Of a stretch of DNA of 64,000 nt, positions 1-14,702 are shown one piece after another (position 1 is the first letter of the stretch; each line of letters opens with the position of its first letter). A program made the translations under genes and the position numbers. The stretch comes from Prasinococcaceae sp. CCMP 1430 (taxonomy: Eukaryota; Plantae; Prasinodermophyta): assembly GCA_013416795.1 (NCBI GenBank), contig RQSC01001018.1, forward strand, positions 36,576-100,575. The letters run 5' to 3'. The notes under the pieces are model-generated. The model did no database searches. It worked only from the letters and a program-made list of their open reading frames with translations, and was not told the DNA's origin.

Positions 1-1031
1 CTACCAGGACACGAGCATGCTCACCTTCGAGGGCCAGCAGTTCCAGGTGCGGCCGCGCGCGCTGCGGGGCGACGGCGCGGTGAGGCTCCGCATGGACGGA
101 CCCAGCGCGGCGGGGCTATCGGGGGCGCCTGCGCGCACATCCTGGCAGGTCTCGCTGCTGCGCGCCTGGCCGCCCGCGTGCGCCTATTCTGCCGGCGTCT
201 GCCAGCCGCCGGCCCCGCTCCGCCCTGACGGTGCTCCGCGCGCCGTGCCCGGCATCCCTGTCCCGCACACGTACGCACCCCAACGCCCCAACGCATCGCC
301 GCGCGCGCGCAGGGCGCCACCTCCATCGTGGAGAAGCTCCAGAGCCTCGCTTTCGACGCGTGCAAGCACACCGTTACCACCCGCGATGCGCAGCCGGTCA
401 TGACGGGCCAGACGATGAGCATCATCGTTTTCGTCTCGGGCACCATCGCGCTACCAAACGAGGAGAGGCCTCTCAAGTTCTCGCAGGTGCGCCCGCTTCG
501 CCAGCACGCCCGGTGTGCGCGTGCGCTCGCACAAGTGCGCTTCGATGCCCGCTCGGATGTCTGCGGGCAGACGCAGCTCGGTCGAGCGCGGATCGGGGGG
601 GTCGTGCCTCCCGTTCATCGGTTGCTTTGCCAGCGTGTAGTAGAGGACGGCGGCGCCAATGTGCCCGCACCCGCCTGGGTACAAGCTGACGCTCTCCCGC
701 GCGCGCGTACGTGATGTCGCCCTCATCGTTGCAGGTGTTCCACCTATGCCAAACGGCGCAGCAGAGCTGGTTCGTGTACAACGACATGTTCCGCCTCAAC
801 TAGTACGTTTCGCGCCCGACGCTGCGTGCTGCACTCGGACCTGTACTTGCGCGCACTCAGGAGTCGGTGCACGCGTGCATGGGAGCGCGCCCAATTCCTC
901 GACCTTCGACAGGAGCAACGAGTGCTTCGTGTGCGAAGATCGAATGCCGATCGTGGGCCGAGAGGCGCCCCCCTACGCGAGCTGACACGGCGCCCCACGC
1001 TGGCAACCCTGCCACAACAAACAGCGCGTGA
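1..1031 (+). CDS. NTF2: Nuclear transport factor 2 (5' partial); exons <1-47, 313-486, 735-802, 1025-1031
   Basis: Spliced product YQDTSMLTFEGQQFQ|GATSIVEKLQSL...IIVFVSG...PLKFSQ|VFHL...WFVYNDMFRLNY|A*; all introns are GT-AG. Confidence 0.92.
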
Positions 1032-1357
1032 GCACAAGGCCTGGCACGGTGCTCGCGACCAACGATGCACACTCATGGCGTAACTATCGCAACGCGCTCA
1101 GAGTGCGTGCGCCTGTCGCTGCGCTCGTCGCTCACCATGCGCTCTCACGCGCCAACGGTGCTGAGCGAGTCGCATGGATGCTCGCGACAGGCGCGAGTCT
1201 CGCAGCGGCCGTGCCGAGTAAATGCATTCACCGTAGTCACGGTTGTCGTAGCGTACGCGTGTACACAACTACTAGTCTACACATATATAAACATTACAGC
1301 AGAGCGGAGCGCTGCGGCGACCTCTACGCGGTCACTCTGCGACCGCGGCTGCGACCT

Positions 1358-2399
1358 CTAGTCGATCAGCTCGACGTCGTCGCCGGTGCTTACCACGCCC
1401 TTTTGCACGACGGTACAGTACAGCCCCAGGTACGAGCCCCGCGTCCGCAGCGGCGCGCTCTCCCGACCGAAGATTGAGGCCTCCAGATGCGGCAGTTTCT
1501 CACGGATGGACACGTCTGAGCGCGGCAGCAGGTCAGAGACAGGGACTCGCACTCTCTGCTGCGCCATCCATTCACTCGTATGCACCCCCTCTCTCTCTTT
1601 TGCGCGCGCGGCCGCTTTCCGTACAACAAAGCACACATGACACGCACTCACCTGGGCGTAATGGCGTCCTCTCGCCGCTGTCTGGATCGACGCGAGTGAC
1701 CGGACACCTCACGGTGGGCTCGTTCACCCTGATGACACACCTCGGCCCCAGCGCCAGGTACCTGCCGCACAAGTCGAAGTTAAAGGGGTCTGCACATTCG
1801 CCGTCCTGCGTGCCACTCAGCAAGATGTTGGGCCGGAATCGCCGCCAGTCGAGCTCCGGCTCGCCAAGGGCCTCGCCAGCCGCTCGAACGCTCTCGGCAC
1901 TCACAACGTGCAGCACGTGCTCGCCCGGTCGGCCGCCAACATTGGCAAACGATGCGCCGGGCGCCTCCACCAGCTTCGGCCGCGCCACCTGGAGCGCCGA
2001 CGCGAAGAACTCTTCCACATCTCGACGCCCGTCCGCCGTGGAGGTGTCCGCTCGGACCTGTGACTCCCCAGCACCCCTGCGGCGCACCGTGAGCACGTCG
2101 TCCTTGACGAGACACTCGAAGGCCGACAGCAGCGGGTCAGTTATGCCCTGGTGGAAGAGGTGCTTGTTGGAGTGGTGCCCGGGATCCTTGCCGTCCCGCC
2201 CCGCGAGCAGCGCGTCGGCCGCGGCAGCCGGCGAGGCATGCGCCAGCCAGTTTTCGACGTTTTCGGCGCGCAGCAGCGCGAATCGCCGATCGCCCGGCGC
2301 CGACGCCCCCGGCAGCAGCTCGCAGCGCTCGAGCGCCGCGCCCGCCAGCCCCTTGACGGGGTACGTCGCGAGCCGCGCCACGCGGCCAAGTCGGGGCAC
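1358..2399 (-). CDS. MOSC-domain (mARC/YcbX-like) protein; exons ~2399-1652, 1515-1358; true start lost in low-quality sequence
   Basis: YPVKG, DRRFAL, RRFRPNI, RCPVT and GLYCTVVQKGVVSTGD motifs; GTGAGT donor, CTGAC branch point, TCAG acceptor. Confidence 0.8.
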
Positions 2400-2951
2400 G
2401 CCGCGGCGGCGCGCGCGCTCTGGCGCCGCGCAGCGGCCCCCGCCACCGCTCCCCTTTTTTTTTGTTTTTAGCGCTTTTTTACAGCAGAAGTGATTTTGAT
2501 ATTGATTGTGCGTTTGCGTTTTTCCGTTTCTTTGTGTTTGCGTGGGGGCGTGACTCGCGCGTGTTTCGAGGTGTTTTGATTTTGATTTTGATTTTAAAAC
2601 GCACCTTTTTCCCTTTTTCGCGCGCGGGGGGGCGCGCGACCCGCGTGCGTTTCGGGCAGCGTCCCGGCGCGCGATTTCGTTTTCGGCGGGATTTTGTTCG
2701 TCCCAACCGTTTTTGTTTTTGGTTTAGCGTGTGCTCTCTCGTCTGTGCCTGTGCGTGTTGGTGTGACTGCAGGCGTTTTGAGCTGTTTTCCACCGAGGGA
2801 AAACAAAAACAAAAACAAAAAAGGCGGCGTTTATCCACTGCGCGCGCGGTGGAGCGCGAGGCACACGGCGTGCCCTCGGCGCGGCCTCGCTCGCTTTACC
2901 TCCCCCTTCCCCCTCCCCCCCCCTCTCCGCGCCCCCGTTCCGCCCCGCGCG

Positions 2952-4032
2952 ATGTCCCTCGCCAGGGTTGCCGCCCGCGCGGCCGCGCGCGGACTCGCGC
3001 TCGCCGCCGCCGCGCCCGCGGGCGAGCGCGCGTACGCGACCGTGCTCGAGGGGCTCAAGTACGCCGAGTCGCACGAGTGGGTCAAGGTGGAGGGGGACAC
3101 CGCCACCATCGGCATCTCGGACTTCGCGCAGGTGCGTGGCGGGTGGGATGGGGGTCAGAGACGACCCGCGCCCGGGCGTTTGGGCGCGCCGGCGCGCACG
3201 CGCGCGCACGCGAGTGCGACCCGCGCTGCGACGAAGAGGGCGCAGCGCCAGCGCGAGAGCCAGCAGGGAGAGGCAGCGTAGCGCGTGCGGCCGTTTGGCA
3301 CCCACGCGTCCGGATCGCGCGCGCGCGTCACCCCGCCACTCCCTCGGCGCATGCCGTATGGGGCGGCGTGCCTCGTCGCTCTCGTATGAGCAATACGGGG
3401 ACTTTGGGGTGGGCGGGGCGCGCGGCGGGCTCCTTGGCTGCCCTACTCGCGGCGCTCCACGCGGACGGGGCGGAGGCATCCCACACCAAGCGGCACGCCA
3501 TGCCGCGCCGCATGGCGCCTCGGTCGTGCGCGCGGTGTCGATCTCCCCCACCAACACCCACCACCACCCCTTCGTTCGCGCTGCCGCTGCTGACGCCGCC
3601 CCTGTCGGTCCTGCGAACCCGTTCGCGCGCGCCCTACCGCTCTTGCTGACGCGCGTCGGTCTCATCTGCTACGCTCTCTCATCCTCTTTCGCCTCCGTCT
3701 CCCCCTTCCCCCGCCCATTGCCCCGGCCGTTTGTGCGCGCCTTGCAGGAGGAGCTCGGCGACGTCGTGTACGTGGAGCTTCCCGAGGAGGGTGCCGAGTT
3801 CGAGAAGGGCGACTCCTTCGCGACCATCGAGTCGGTGAAGGCCGCGTCAGACGTGTACATGCCCGTGTCCGGCACTGTGGTGACCGTGAACAGCTCCCTG
3901 GCGGACGAGCCCTCCAAGGTCAACGAGGACTCGTACGCTGAGGGCTGGCTGGTGAAGCTCAAGCTCGCCAACCCGGCGGAGGTCGAGGAGATGATGGACG
4001 CGGCCGCATACACCGCCTCGACGGAGTCGTAG
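2952..4032 (+). CDS. GCSH: Glycine cleavage system H protein, mitochondrial; exons 2952-3131, 3748-4032
   Basis: Presequence followed by [17 protein letters not shown]|[12 protein letters not shown] and the lipoyl-lysine motif ESVKAAS. Confidence 0.95.
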
Positions 4033-4470
4033 GCTGCGGCCGCCTCACCTGCCCCCGGGGCGGCGCGCGCCAGCCCTCGTTGCACCGCTGGGTGCCGTTG
4101 AGGAGATGGCTGTGGCCATGCAGGCGGGGGTGGTGCAGGGAGATGCGATGCCCCCTCGCTCCTCGCGCCGCGCCTCGCGCGCGTTGGGCGTGCCGTGCGC
4201 TCTTGCACGGATGCACTATCATGTGACTTTTATAGCACCAGGTACTGCTGGTGTCGAGAGCGGCCGCACGTGCGTTCGCGGGCCGCACGTCCCGTGCCGC
4301 CTCCGCGCACGCCAACCTTTGCCTGTGCGTGTTTGTGTGTGTTTGTGTGTGTTTGTGTGTGTGTGTGCGAGCGCGCGCACGCGCGTGTGTATGTATGTGT
4401 GCGCTCGCTCGCATGTGCATGTGCTCGTGCACACGTGTTCGCATCCAGCACGCGCACACGCCTGCATTTC

Positions 4471-5986
4471 TCATGCGCGCGCTGCGTGGGCTGCCACGAG
4501 CATCTCTTGCGCTGCGGCGTACGCCTCGTGCGCTGCACGGACAACTGCGCGCCTCCCGACGACCAATGTTGAGCCTGCAGCTGGCAGCGCGTCCGCGACC
4601 TTTGGCGCGAGCTCCACGCCGAGCCGGCGCAGCTGCCCGTACGCCCACGCCGAGCCGAGGATCGAGTCGCTCCACGCGACGAGCCAGCACAGCGCGACGG
4701 CAAGCGCCATGCGCCACTGGCAAGGCAAGGTGTAGAGCCACGGCAGCCACGCGCTACGAGGTCAGAGTGGGCGGGGTGTCTCTCTGTTCGTGCGTGCGTG
4801 TGGGTGTGCGTGTGCATGTGTGTGCGTGTGGGTGTGGGTGTGCGTGTGCGAACCCGACATTCGCACGTGTGCGCGCTCGCGCTCGCGCGCATCTGCGCCC
4901 GCACCTCGCCCCCGGGCCTGGTCTCATCCACCCACGCTGCGTGCCCCTGGAACATGGCCTCCTCCTCGCCCTCGTCGAGCACGCCATCGCTCACCGTCCA
5001 GTCCCTGGCGCGCTTGTCGCTGAGGCCGTTGTGGTGCATGTTCTGACGCACGAAGCGCGCGCGCTCGTGGACCGATGAGGCCTTGTGCGTGGCGCGCGGC
5101 GCCCGCTGCGGAGCGTCCCGCTTCCAGCCATCGGCCGCCGCCGCGGGCTGCGACGCGCCCTCGCTGCCGCCGTGGGGCACCATCGCGCCCGCCCGCCTCC
5201 TCGCACAACACGCCGCGTAGCCCCCACTATGGCGGCACTGGCGCCCTGCGGCCGGGGTGGTGCGTTGCGCGGCCTCGCGGCGATCATTTTGGGCTTGAAC
5301 GTGCACTCCGCGACAGCCTCGGCCGCGGCCTCGGCGCGCAGCGCCTTCGTCTTGGCCTCAGCACGCGCACGCCATCCCCCCGTGCGCTCCCACACAGCCT
5401 CAGCGCGCCACGACCCAATCTCATCGCCGTGTGCGGCCTTGTCGGTGATGACAGGCGCAAAGGTGCACTCGCGGACCTCGTCGGCAGCCTCCTGCGCCGC
5501 GTACTCGGCGCGAATCGCCTCCGCGCGCTCGTGGAACAGGTCCACGTCGACGCCCTGCGCGGCGAGCCTACGGCTACGAGCGTTGATTGTCGGCTGGAAT
5601 GGTTTGGACCCGCGCGGCCGCGCCGCGTGCTCTTCGTTTGCAGACGGCGCTCCTGCCGCGCGTGCCTTCGTGGCGCCGCGCACTGCGTTGGGCTTTGCCC
5701 CGTTGGCACTGGCGAGGCGGCGCAGGGCTCGATCGGCCGTGCGCTTGGGTCGCATGGCGGGAGTCGACGCCGCGCGCAGCGCGTCATCGCGAGCCGCAGA
5801 CGGTGCGGCGGTCCCGTCAGACGTGCCCACGCGCGCGCGCTCGCGGCGCGCGAGACTTTCCTCCCGTGGTGCCAGCGCCAGCGCCACCGCCGCTGCGAGC
5901 GCTGGCGGCGGCCGTGCCGCCACGCGGCACGCGGGGTCCGCGCGCGAGCCGTCCGCCATCTCACGCTGGAGCATCGTCGCCGGCAT
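4471..5986 (-). CDS. Hypothetical protein(s) with repeated (C)TFxP motifs; exon structure unresolved
   Basis: KPFQPTINARSRRLA, ECTFAPVIT and ECTFKPKM in ORF 4991-5986; further coding-like segments in other frames at ~5183-4905 and ~4750-4471. Confidence 0.45.
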
Positions 5987-6490
5987 GGCCGTGCGCTCTC
6001 GCTCCCTCGCTTGCTAACACACGCCTTCGCTCGCTCGCTCCCACGCCCCCCCCCCTTCCCCTGCGCGCACGAGCGCGCGAGCGCGAACGCGCGCCCTGTG
6101 ACGGCGCCGCGCGAGCGGGGCCCGCCGCCCCGCCCCGCCCACGCGCGCGCGCGCGCGCGCGCCGTCGGGGAACAACGAAACTCACCATCAAAACGCATGC
6201 GGGTCGCGCAGGCCCCTGCAACGTTCGGAAATCTCCCCTTTCCTTTTTTTCTTTTTCCGTNCGCGGGCGCCGCGCGCGCCGCCATCGCCCCCGCCGCGCA
6301 CAAAAAAAAGGAGGGGGCCGGGCCAGGCGCAGGGCCGCGCCGGCGGGGCCTCCGCCGCGCACGGCGACACACACACACACACACACACACCTCCCCCCGC
6401 CGCGGGGCTCACCTCCTCTGGCACACACACACACACACAGCGCACACTCCACGCAGCTGCAGCGCGCGCGCGCGCGCTTGCGCGCCCCGC

Positions 6491-6715
6491 CCAGGTCTAA
6501 CAGATGCATTGAACGGGGTAAGTCGCGCGCGAGCGGGGATGACCCGGGTCTACTCGAGGCGTGACCGGGGATCACACCCGGTTCGACCGCGCGTGTTTCA
6601 TGCGTCTCGCCCAGGTCTAAGAGTTGCGATGAACGGGGTAAGTCGCGCGAGAGCGGGGATGACCCGGGTCTACTCGCGGCGTGACCGGGGGTCACACCCG
6701 GTTCGTACCGCGTGC
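6491..6715. repeat. Tandem direct repeat, period 120 bp, ~1.9 copies
   Basis: CCAGGTCTAA...GAACGGGGTAAGTCGCGCG...GATGACCCGGGTCTACTCG...GTGACCGGGG.TCACACCCGGTTCG starts at both 6491 and 6611. Confidence 0.9.
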
Positions 6716-6937
6716 GGGCGCCCCCCGAATTTTGGTCGGGTCGGATCGCCCTGGCGATGCGCGCGCGCGTTGGACCCAAACCCACCTTTTCGGAAAACTG
6801 CGTATTTACATGTATTTTGATTTATCTGACAGACCCTTTTAGTGGATTGACCGTAATTGACCGTAAATGTGCGTAGGAACTGTGATACATCAGTGTGTGT
6901 GTGGCGCGCCCGCGCGACACACCGCGTGCGGCACGCG

Positions 6938-6989
<52 letters not shown>

Positions 6990-7023
6990 TTGAGGCCCCG
7001 CCCGGCGCGCCCTCGCGATCGTG

Positions 7024-9128
<2,105 letters not shown>

Positions 9129-9324
9129 GGTCGCGATGGGGCGCTGGGCTGGCTGGGGGCGGCGGGTAGGAGGGGGAGGCGGACGGGCGGGCGCGCCGCC
9201 GGGCGCGCCGTGGACTCTCTCCCCGCCGGGGGCGGGCGATGTTGATTAATGACTAGGACTTGTACAGCGGGCGCCCCCGACCCGCGCACGTGCGCGAGCA
9301 TGCGTGCGCTCGTGCGTTCGTGCT

Positions 9325-9699
9325 CTACGTGCCCCCGGCTTTGGGCGCCGCAGCGCTCTTGAGCTCCCGTATCTTCCTCTCGGTCTCCATCCGCTTGCGC
9401 CTCTCGTCGGCGAGCGAGCGCTCGAGCATGGCGAGCCGCGCGACGGCCTCGGCGGGCCCCAGGCTGCTGCCGCCACGCGCTGCTGCGCGTTCGGTGACGG
9501 CCGTTGCCGGGTAGGTTGTCACCGTCGACGCCGGCGGCGCGTCCCATCTGCCGTCGGCGTTGCGCGGCGCGAAGCCCGGCACGCCCCACACGGACGACGC
9601 GGCCGTCCGCGCCTTCGCGCCGCTGGCGGCGCTCGCGAGCGACGCGGACGCGGCGTGTGCTGCACGGCGCGGCCGCTCGGAGCGGCCCCGCGCCCGCAC
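9325..9699 (-). CDS. Small hypothetical coiled-coil protein (start uncertain)
   Basis: Coding-like ORF ending LAMLERSLADERRKRMETERKIRELK; no family recognised. Confidence 0.35.
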   Translation of the reverse strand: MRARGRSERPRRAAHAASASLASAASGAKARTAASSVWGVPGFAPRNADGRWDAPPASTVTTYPATAVTERAAARGGSSLGPAEAVARLAMLERSLADERRKRMETERKIRELKSAAAPKAGGT

Positions 9700-11366
9700 G
9701 CCCGAGCGCGCCCGATCGGGGGGGGAACGCGCGCACCGGCGGAGCGGATCCCAACCCTAACCTCCCCACGCCAACATTTACGGTTTTCAACCGCGGTCAC
9801 GTACGCAGGGTCTAATTTGAACTGACCATCAAAAAGCTGCGGTTCATGCCCGGGGCCTCACCCGTCGACCGCACCGGGGTCGACCTTGTGTCGAACCCGA
9901 ACAGTTCGCCCACACCTCGGGTACGTTCGCGGCACGTCGTGGCACTCACCCGAACTGACTCTCATCATTCCGTGCGTGCACGCAAGGGTCCGTCAGTCAC
10001 TATGCTAAAAGCTACGGTAGATCAAAGCTCGTGTGAAAACGTGAAATTTACTCGGAATTGTACGGGAGAAATTGCGGGCGAAAATGCGGCGCCGCGCATG
10101 TGAATTGATATGAGATCCAGCCACCGGGGGGGAAAAAAACGCGCTTTTTTTTGTTCCAGCATAGCATAGAAAGTGTGCTCGCCTGCCTCCGCGCCTGGCT
10201 GTGCCCGCCTGGCTGGCTGCGGAGCCGCAACGGTCGCCTCGAGCTCGCCGGGCGGTGGGCTCGCACCGGCCGGCTGACGCGGCCGTTGATCCGCGCGGCC
10301 ACGTGTGCGCAGGCCGGCTGGCGCCTGGCGTGCGTGTGCAGCTGCGTGGCCGGCACGTGTCCGAAAAAGCGAGCGAAAGGAGGGTGCGGGCGTTTCCCTT
10401 TTGAATTTCGTGCGGGAGAATTCGATTATTTTTTGGAATGGAGGTTGAATTTTGGGCTCATCCGCGGGAAATGAATGCGGTGTTTCGAGACCGTGAAAAC
10501 GGCAGGAGGCGAAAACGAAAACGGCCGGTCGGTGGCGGTGGGGAATTTTTATTTAAAAAAAAAAAAACGCCGCATTTTGGGACGTTTTCATTCAAATGCG
10601 ATTTTACGCGGTTCGAAATGCCGCGCGGAGGCGCGCCATCGCGCATCGAATGACCTGACTTCGCGGCCGTTGCTGCGCGCCCAAATCCGATTCCGTCGCT
10701 CCGCCGAAAATCGAACGTTTGCGCGTCGCGCGTGTTTTTTTTTTTTCAGAGGCCCAATTTTTTTTCAATTTTCCGGCGCATGCGGCGCGAAAAGGGGGGC
10801 GTCGCCCCATCGTTTTCTTCTCGTCCCTTTCGATACGGGCTCTTCGCCGCTCGCGTCCTCGTCGGTTCATTTTGATCCGAATTCGCGGGTGCGACGACGC
10901 GCGAAAACGACGCTCCCGCGGGTACGTTTATCGACACACAACCTTCGAATCCAAAGCCTCGAGGGGATCCCACCCCGTCCCAAACTTTTCAAAAGCCGGA
11001 CTCAAAGGTGTGCGTTCCGCGTTTTTTTTTCCTGGGGGGACAATTTTTTTTTCGGTTGCGGGCGCGCGCGGCGCGTGCGCGCGGCGCGCGAAAAGCGGGG
11101 GCGTTTGCGCCCCTGGCGTTTGAAAACGCGCGCGCGTTCGGCGCCATCAAAACGCATGCGAACGCGCGCCCTCCGCGCGGCCGCGCGCGGCCTCTGCGCG
11201 TTTNNNNNNNNNNNNNNNNNNNNNNNNNNNNNNNNNNNNNNNNNNNNNNNNNNNNNNNNNNGCCGCCCAGCGCTGCCCCGCGCCGCGCTGCGGGCGTCCG
11301 CCGCTGACGTCGAGCGCGCCGCCCACGCGACCCTTCCCCCGCTCTGCGCGCGGCCCCGACGCACAG

Positions 11367-12232
11367 CCGAGGAGGTTGACCTCTCGTCCGACATGAAGCA
11401 CTGGGAGACCCTCAACGACGGCGAGAAGCACTTCATCAAGCACGTCCTCGCGTTCTTCGCGGCGTCGGACGGCATCGTGCTCGAGAACCTCTCGGAGCGC
11501 TTCATGGGCGATGTGCAGCTGCCCGAGGCGCGCGCGTTCTACGGCTTCCAGATCGCCATCGAGAACATCCACAGCGAGATGTACTCGCTGCTGCTGGACA
11601 ACTACATCAAGGACCCGCAGGAGAAGGCGCGGCTGTTCCAGGCCATCGACACCATTCCGACCGTGCAGAAGAAGGCCGACTGGGCGCTCAGGTGGATCGG
11701 CTCCAAGAGCTGCTTCGCCGAGCGCCTGGTGGCGTTCGCGTGTGTCGAGGGCATCTTCTTCTCGGGCAGCTTCTGCGCCATCTACTGGCTCAAGAAGCGC
11801 GGCCTCATGCCGGGGCTCACCTTCTCCAACGAGCTCATCAGCCGCGACGAGGGCCTGCATTGTGACTTCGCCTGCCTGCTGTACTCGCTGCTGGAGAACA
11901 AGCTCACCGAGGCCACCGTGAACGAGATCGTGGCCGAGGCCGTCGCCCTCGAGCAGGAGTTCGTCTGCGACGCGCTGCCGGTGTCCCTCGTGGGCATGAA
12001 CGATACGCTCATGAGGGAGTACATCTCCTTCTGCGCTGACAGGCTGCTCGTGGCGCTCGGCTACCCGAAGGTGTGGAACTCGACGAACCCCTTCGAGTTC
12101 ATGGAGCTGATCTCGCTGCAGGGCAAGACCAACTTCTTCGAGAAGAGGGTGGGCGAATACCAGAAGGCCGGCGTCATGGGCGGCGCCGAGGGCGCCGCCA
12201 TGCACTCCTTCTCCCTTGACGAGGACTTCTAA
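11367..12232 (+). CDS. RNR2: Ribonucleotide reductase small subunit, main exon (5' exon in corrupted/gapped sequence)
   Basis: [52 protein letters not shown]-terminal FSLDEDF; CACAG acceptor at 11366. Confidence 0.95.
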
Positions 12233-12437
12233 GTGCCGGCCGAGTCCCGAGCAGTCCCCGGTGTGTAGCCTGTGCGTTTTGCAGGAGTGCTCCGCGGCCC
12301 CCGCGAGGGTTCTAGTGCGGCGTGTTGCGTGGGGATGACGCTTCCCTGATAATGTGTATATTATCATAACAAGAAAGCGCACAGGCGCGCGCCCTGGGTG
12401 CCCGCTTGGTCGCGCCGGCCTTGCGCAGCGGCCGGCC

Positions 12438-14214
12438 CTAGATGAATGCGCTCGTCAGCTCGGGCAGCGGCGCGAAGGGCCTCAGCCCGTCGCCGAGCCA
12501 GTAGCTCATGTTGGCCATCTGCCGCGCGACCACCTGCTCGCGCCCCTTCCCGTGCTCCTTGGCGACGACGCACAGCAGCGCCCGCCGCGCGCCGAGGCCG
12601 GGCGCGTCCTCGAAGAGAGGGTTGGGCCGCGCCACGGCCTTCGCGTGCGCCTGCGCCGGCGGCGCCGATGCCTCGCCCTGTCGCCCCGCGCCTTCCTGCC
12701 CGCCCCCTCGCTCTCGCCCCGCCCCCTCCGCCCTCGCACCCCGCACTTGCGCACCACCTTGCGCGCCGACCCCGCGTCGCGCCCCCGCCTGTCGCTGCTC
12801 CGCCTCGTTCTCGGCGCGGACACCCACGAAGAAGCTGCCGACGGCCGCCTGCACCGCGCCGCGGCACCGCGAGGCCTCGTACTGCCTCGCAGCATCGCCT
12901 GTCTTCTCCGCCTTCGCAGCCTCCTCCTCCAGCAGGGTAAGGTACTCGCCGAGGTTGGGCATGAGCAGCAGCTGCACCACGCGAGCGCCCAGCGCAGCTA
13001 TGCCCACGATGGATCCGTAGTGCGTGGTGAGCGGCTTCTTGGGGTCCATGAGCGCCCGCACGAGCGTGCGGGTGATGCGCGGCTGGAGGTTGGCGTACGA
13101 GCCGCCGAAGCGCTCGCACACGAGCGCCACGAGCGACGCGGCGTGCTCCCGCAGCTGCCAGTGGTCGACTGTCAGTGCGGCCGACTTGTCGGCGGCCGAC
13201 TTCTCTGCGGGCGCCAGGCCGCCGCCGGGCCCTGCCCCGCCCTCCCCCGCGGCCTTGGGCACGCCCAGGCGCTTCCCGACCAGGCAGGTCAGAATGGACG
13301 GCATGAGCTGATGCAGGTACGCCTCGATGTGCAGGCTCGGGTTCGTGAGCAGGGCGTACGCGGCGCGCATGAGCGCCGAGAGGATGTCCACGTCGGCCAG
13401 GTGGCGCGTGACCTCGTCGGCGATGAACTGCACGAAGAGCGGCGTCAGCGGGTGCAGGCCCGTGTCCGTGCTCAGGCTCTTGAGCGCAGCGCGCAGGAGC
13501 GACTTGTTTGCGTCGGAATCGCCCAGCAGCACGAGCTCGGTAATCTTCTCGTAGTACTGCTGCAGCTCCTTGGAGATGATCTGGCGCACAACCGGCTTGA
13601 CGGCGTCCTTGCCCTTGCCCGCGGCGGCCGCCGCCCCGCCCGAGGGGGGCGCGCCCTGGCCGGCCGCCGCGGGCGCCGGGTTCGCCGGGATCGCGGGCTG
13701 CACGCCCTCGATGGCCAGCCAGTGCGTCATGAGGTGCACGTCCAGCGGCGCCGAGGGGAGCTTGGAGGCGACCACATCGGTGAGATCCAGCTCGGGATCC
13801 TCGACCTGCGGCGCGCGGCGCGGGGAAGCAGGGGCGGTGGGCGTCAGCGCCATGCGCGCGGCGGCGCGGCGGCAGCGCGATCGCGCCGCCGTCCGGCGCG
13901 GGCGCGCCGCGGCCGGCGGCGCGACGCACGTAGTAGAGGTCGGCGCCGCCGAGCACGCCCGCGCGCTTGAACGACGCGTTCTCCGAGAAGCCGTACAGCG
14001 CCTCGCGGTTGCGCAGCCGCAGCGCCGCGTTGACGTCGTCCGCGACCAGCCGCCGGCGCTTCGAGTGGCGCATGAACTTGAGCGCCTCCTGGATGACCTC
14101 GCGCGTGCGGTACTCCACATCGGGGGCGAGGTGCTTGGTGATGGCGTCCGGCAGCCCCGGGTGCCCCAGGCTCTCGGCGATGTCGCTGATCGTCTCGCGC
14201 CGCACGTGCGACAT
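12438..14214 (-). CDS. TAF6: TFIID subunit TAF6; exons 14214-13930, 13805-12438
   Basis: Histone fold (LAPDVEYR.REVIQEALKFMRHSKR), HWLAIEGVQPAIP.NP, ISKELQQYY, YLHQLMPSILTCLV, THYGSIVG. Confidence 0.93.
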
Positions 14215-14639
14215 GGCCGCCGCCGCCGCCGCCGCCGCCGCCCTTCGCCGCCGCGGGCCTCGGGGCCGAGGCGGCAGGGCGCGAGGGGTCGAGGGCCGCC
14301 TCCGATCTCCCTCGCCGCGCGCGGTCTGGCGCGCGCCCCGCGCGGCAGGCGCCCTAGGGGCGCCTCCGCCCCCCTCACCCACCACACGCTCCTTCCCCCC
14401 CAAAATGCCCTAACACATCAGACCGCATTGCCGCATAACAGTCCCATTCAACGGCGCGAAACCACCCGCGTTCCGCGAAAACACGCGGTGAGCGGTTTCA
14501 ATCCCTTCGCATCGGCGAATTCGTGGGTGCGCGCGTACGCGCGTTTTCACGCCAAGAGGGGGTGAATATTTGGCGGGAGTATCTGGGATTTCGTTTCGAT
14601 TTCGGGTTGTTGGTTGTGCGCGTGCGCGCGAGCGCGAGC

Positions 14640-14701
<62 letters not shown>

Positions 14702-14702
<1 letters not shown>

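Noticed and set aside
6560-6600. GGTTCGA T-loop-like motif suggesting a tRNA
   Set aside because: No cloverleaf with acceptor, D and anticodon arms could be built; it does not match 5S rRNA despite the 120-bp period
6491-6715. CRISPR-like array
   Set aside because: Only two long units without unique spacers, in a eukaryotic locus with no cas genes
6937-6986. Poly-C tract (also at 38918-38945 and 52174-52192)
   Set aside because: Probably a sequencing or homopolymer artefact; no function can be supported
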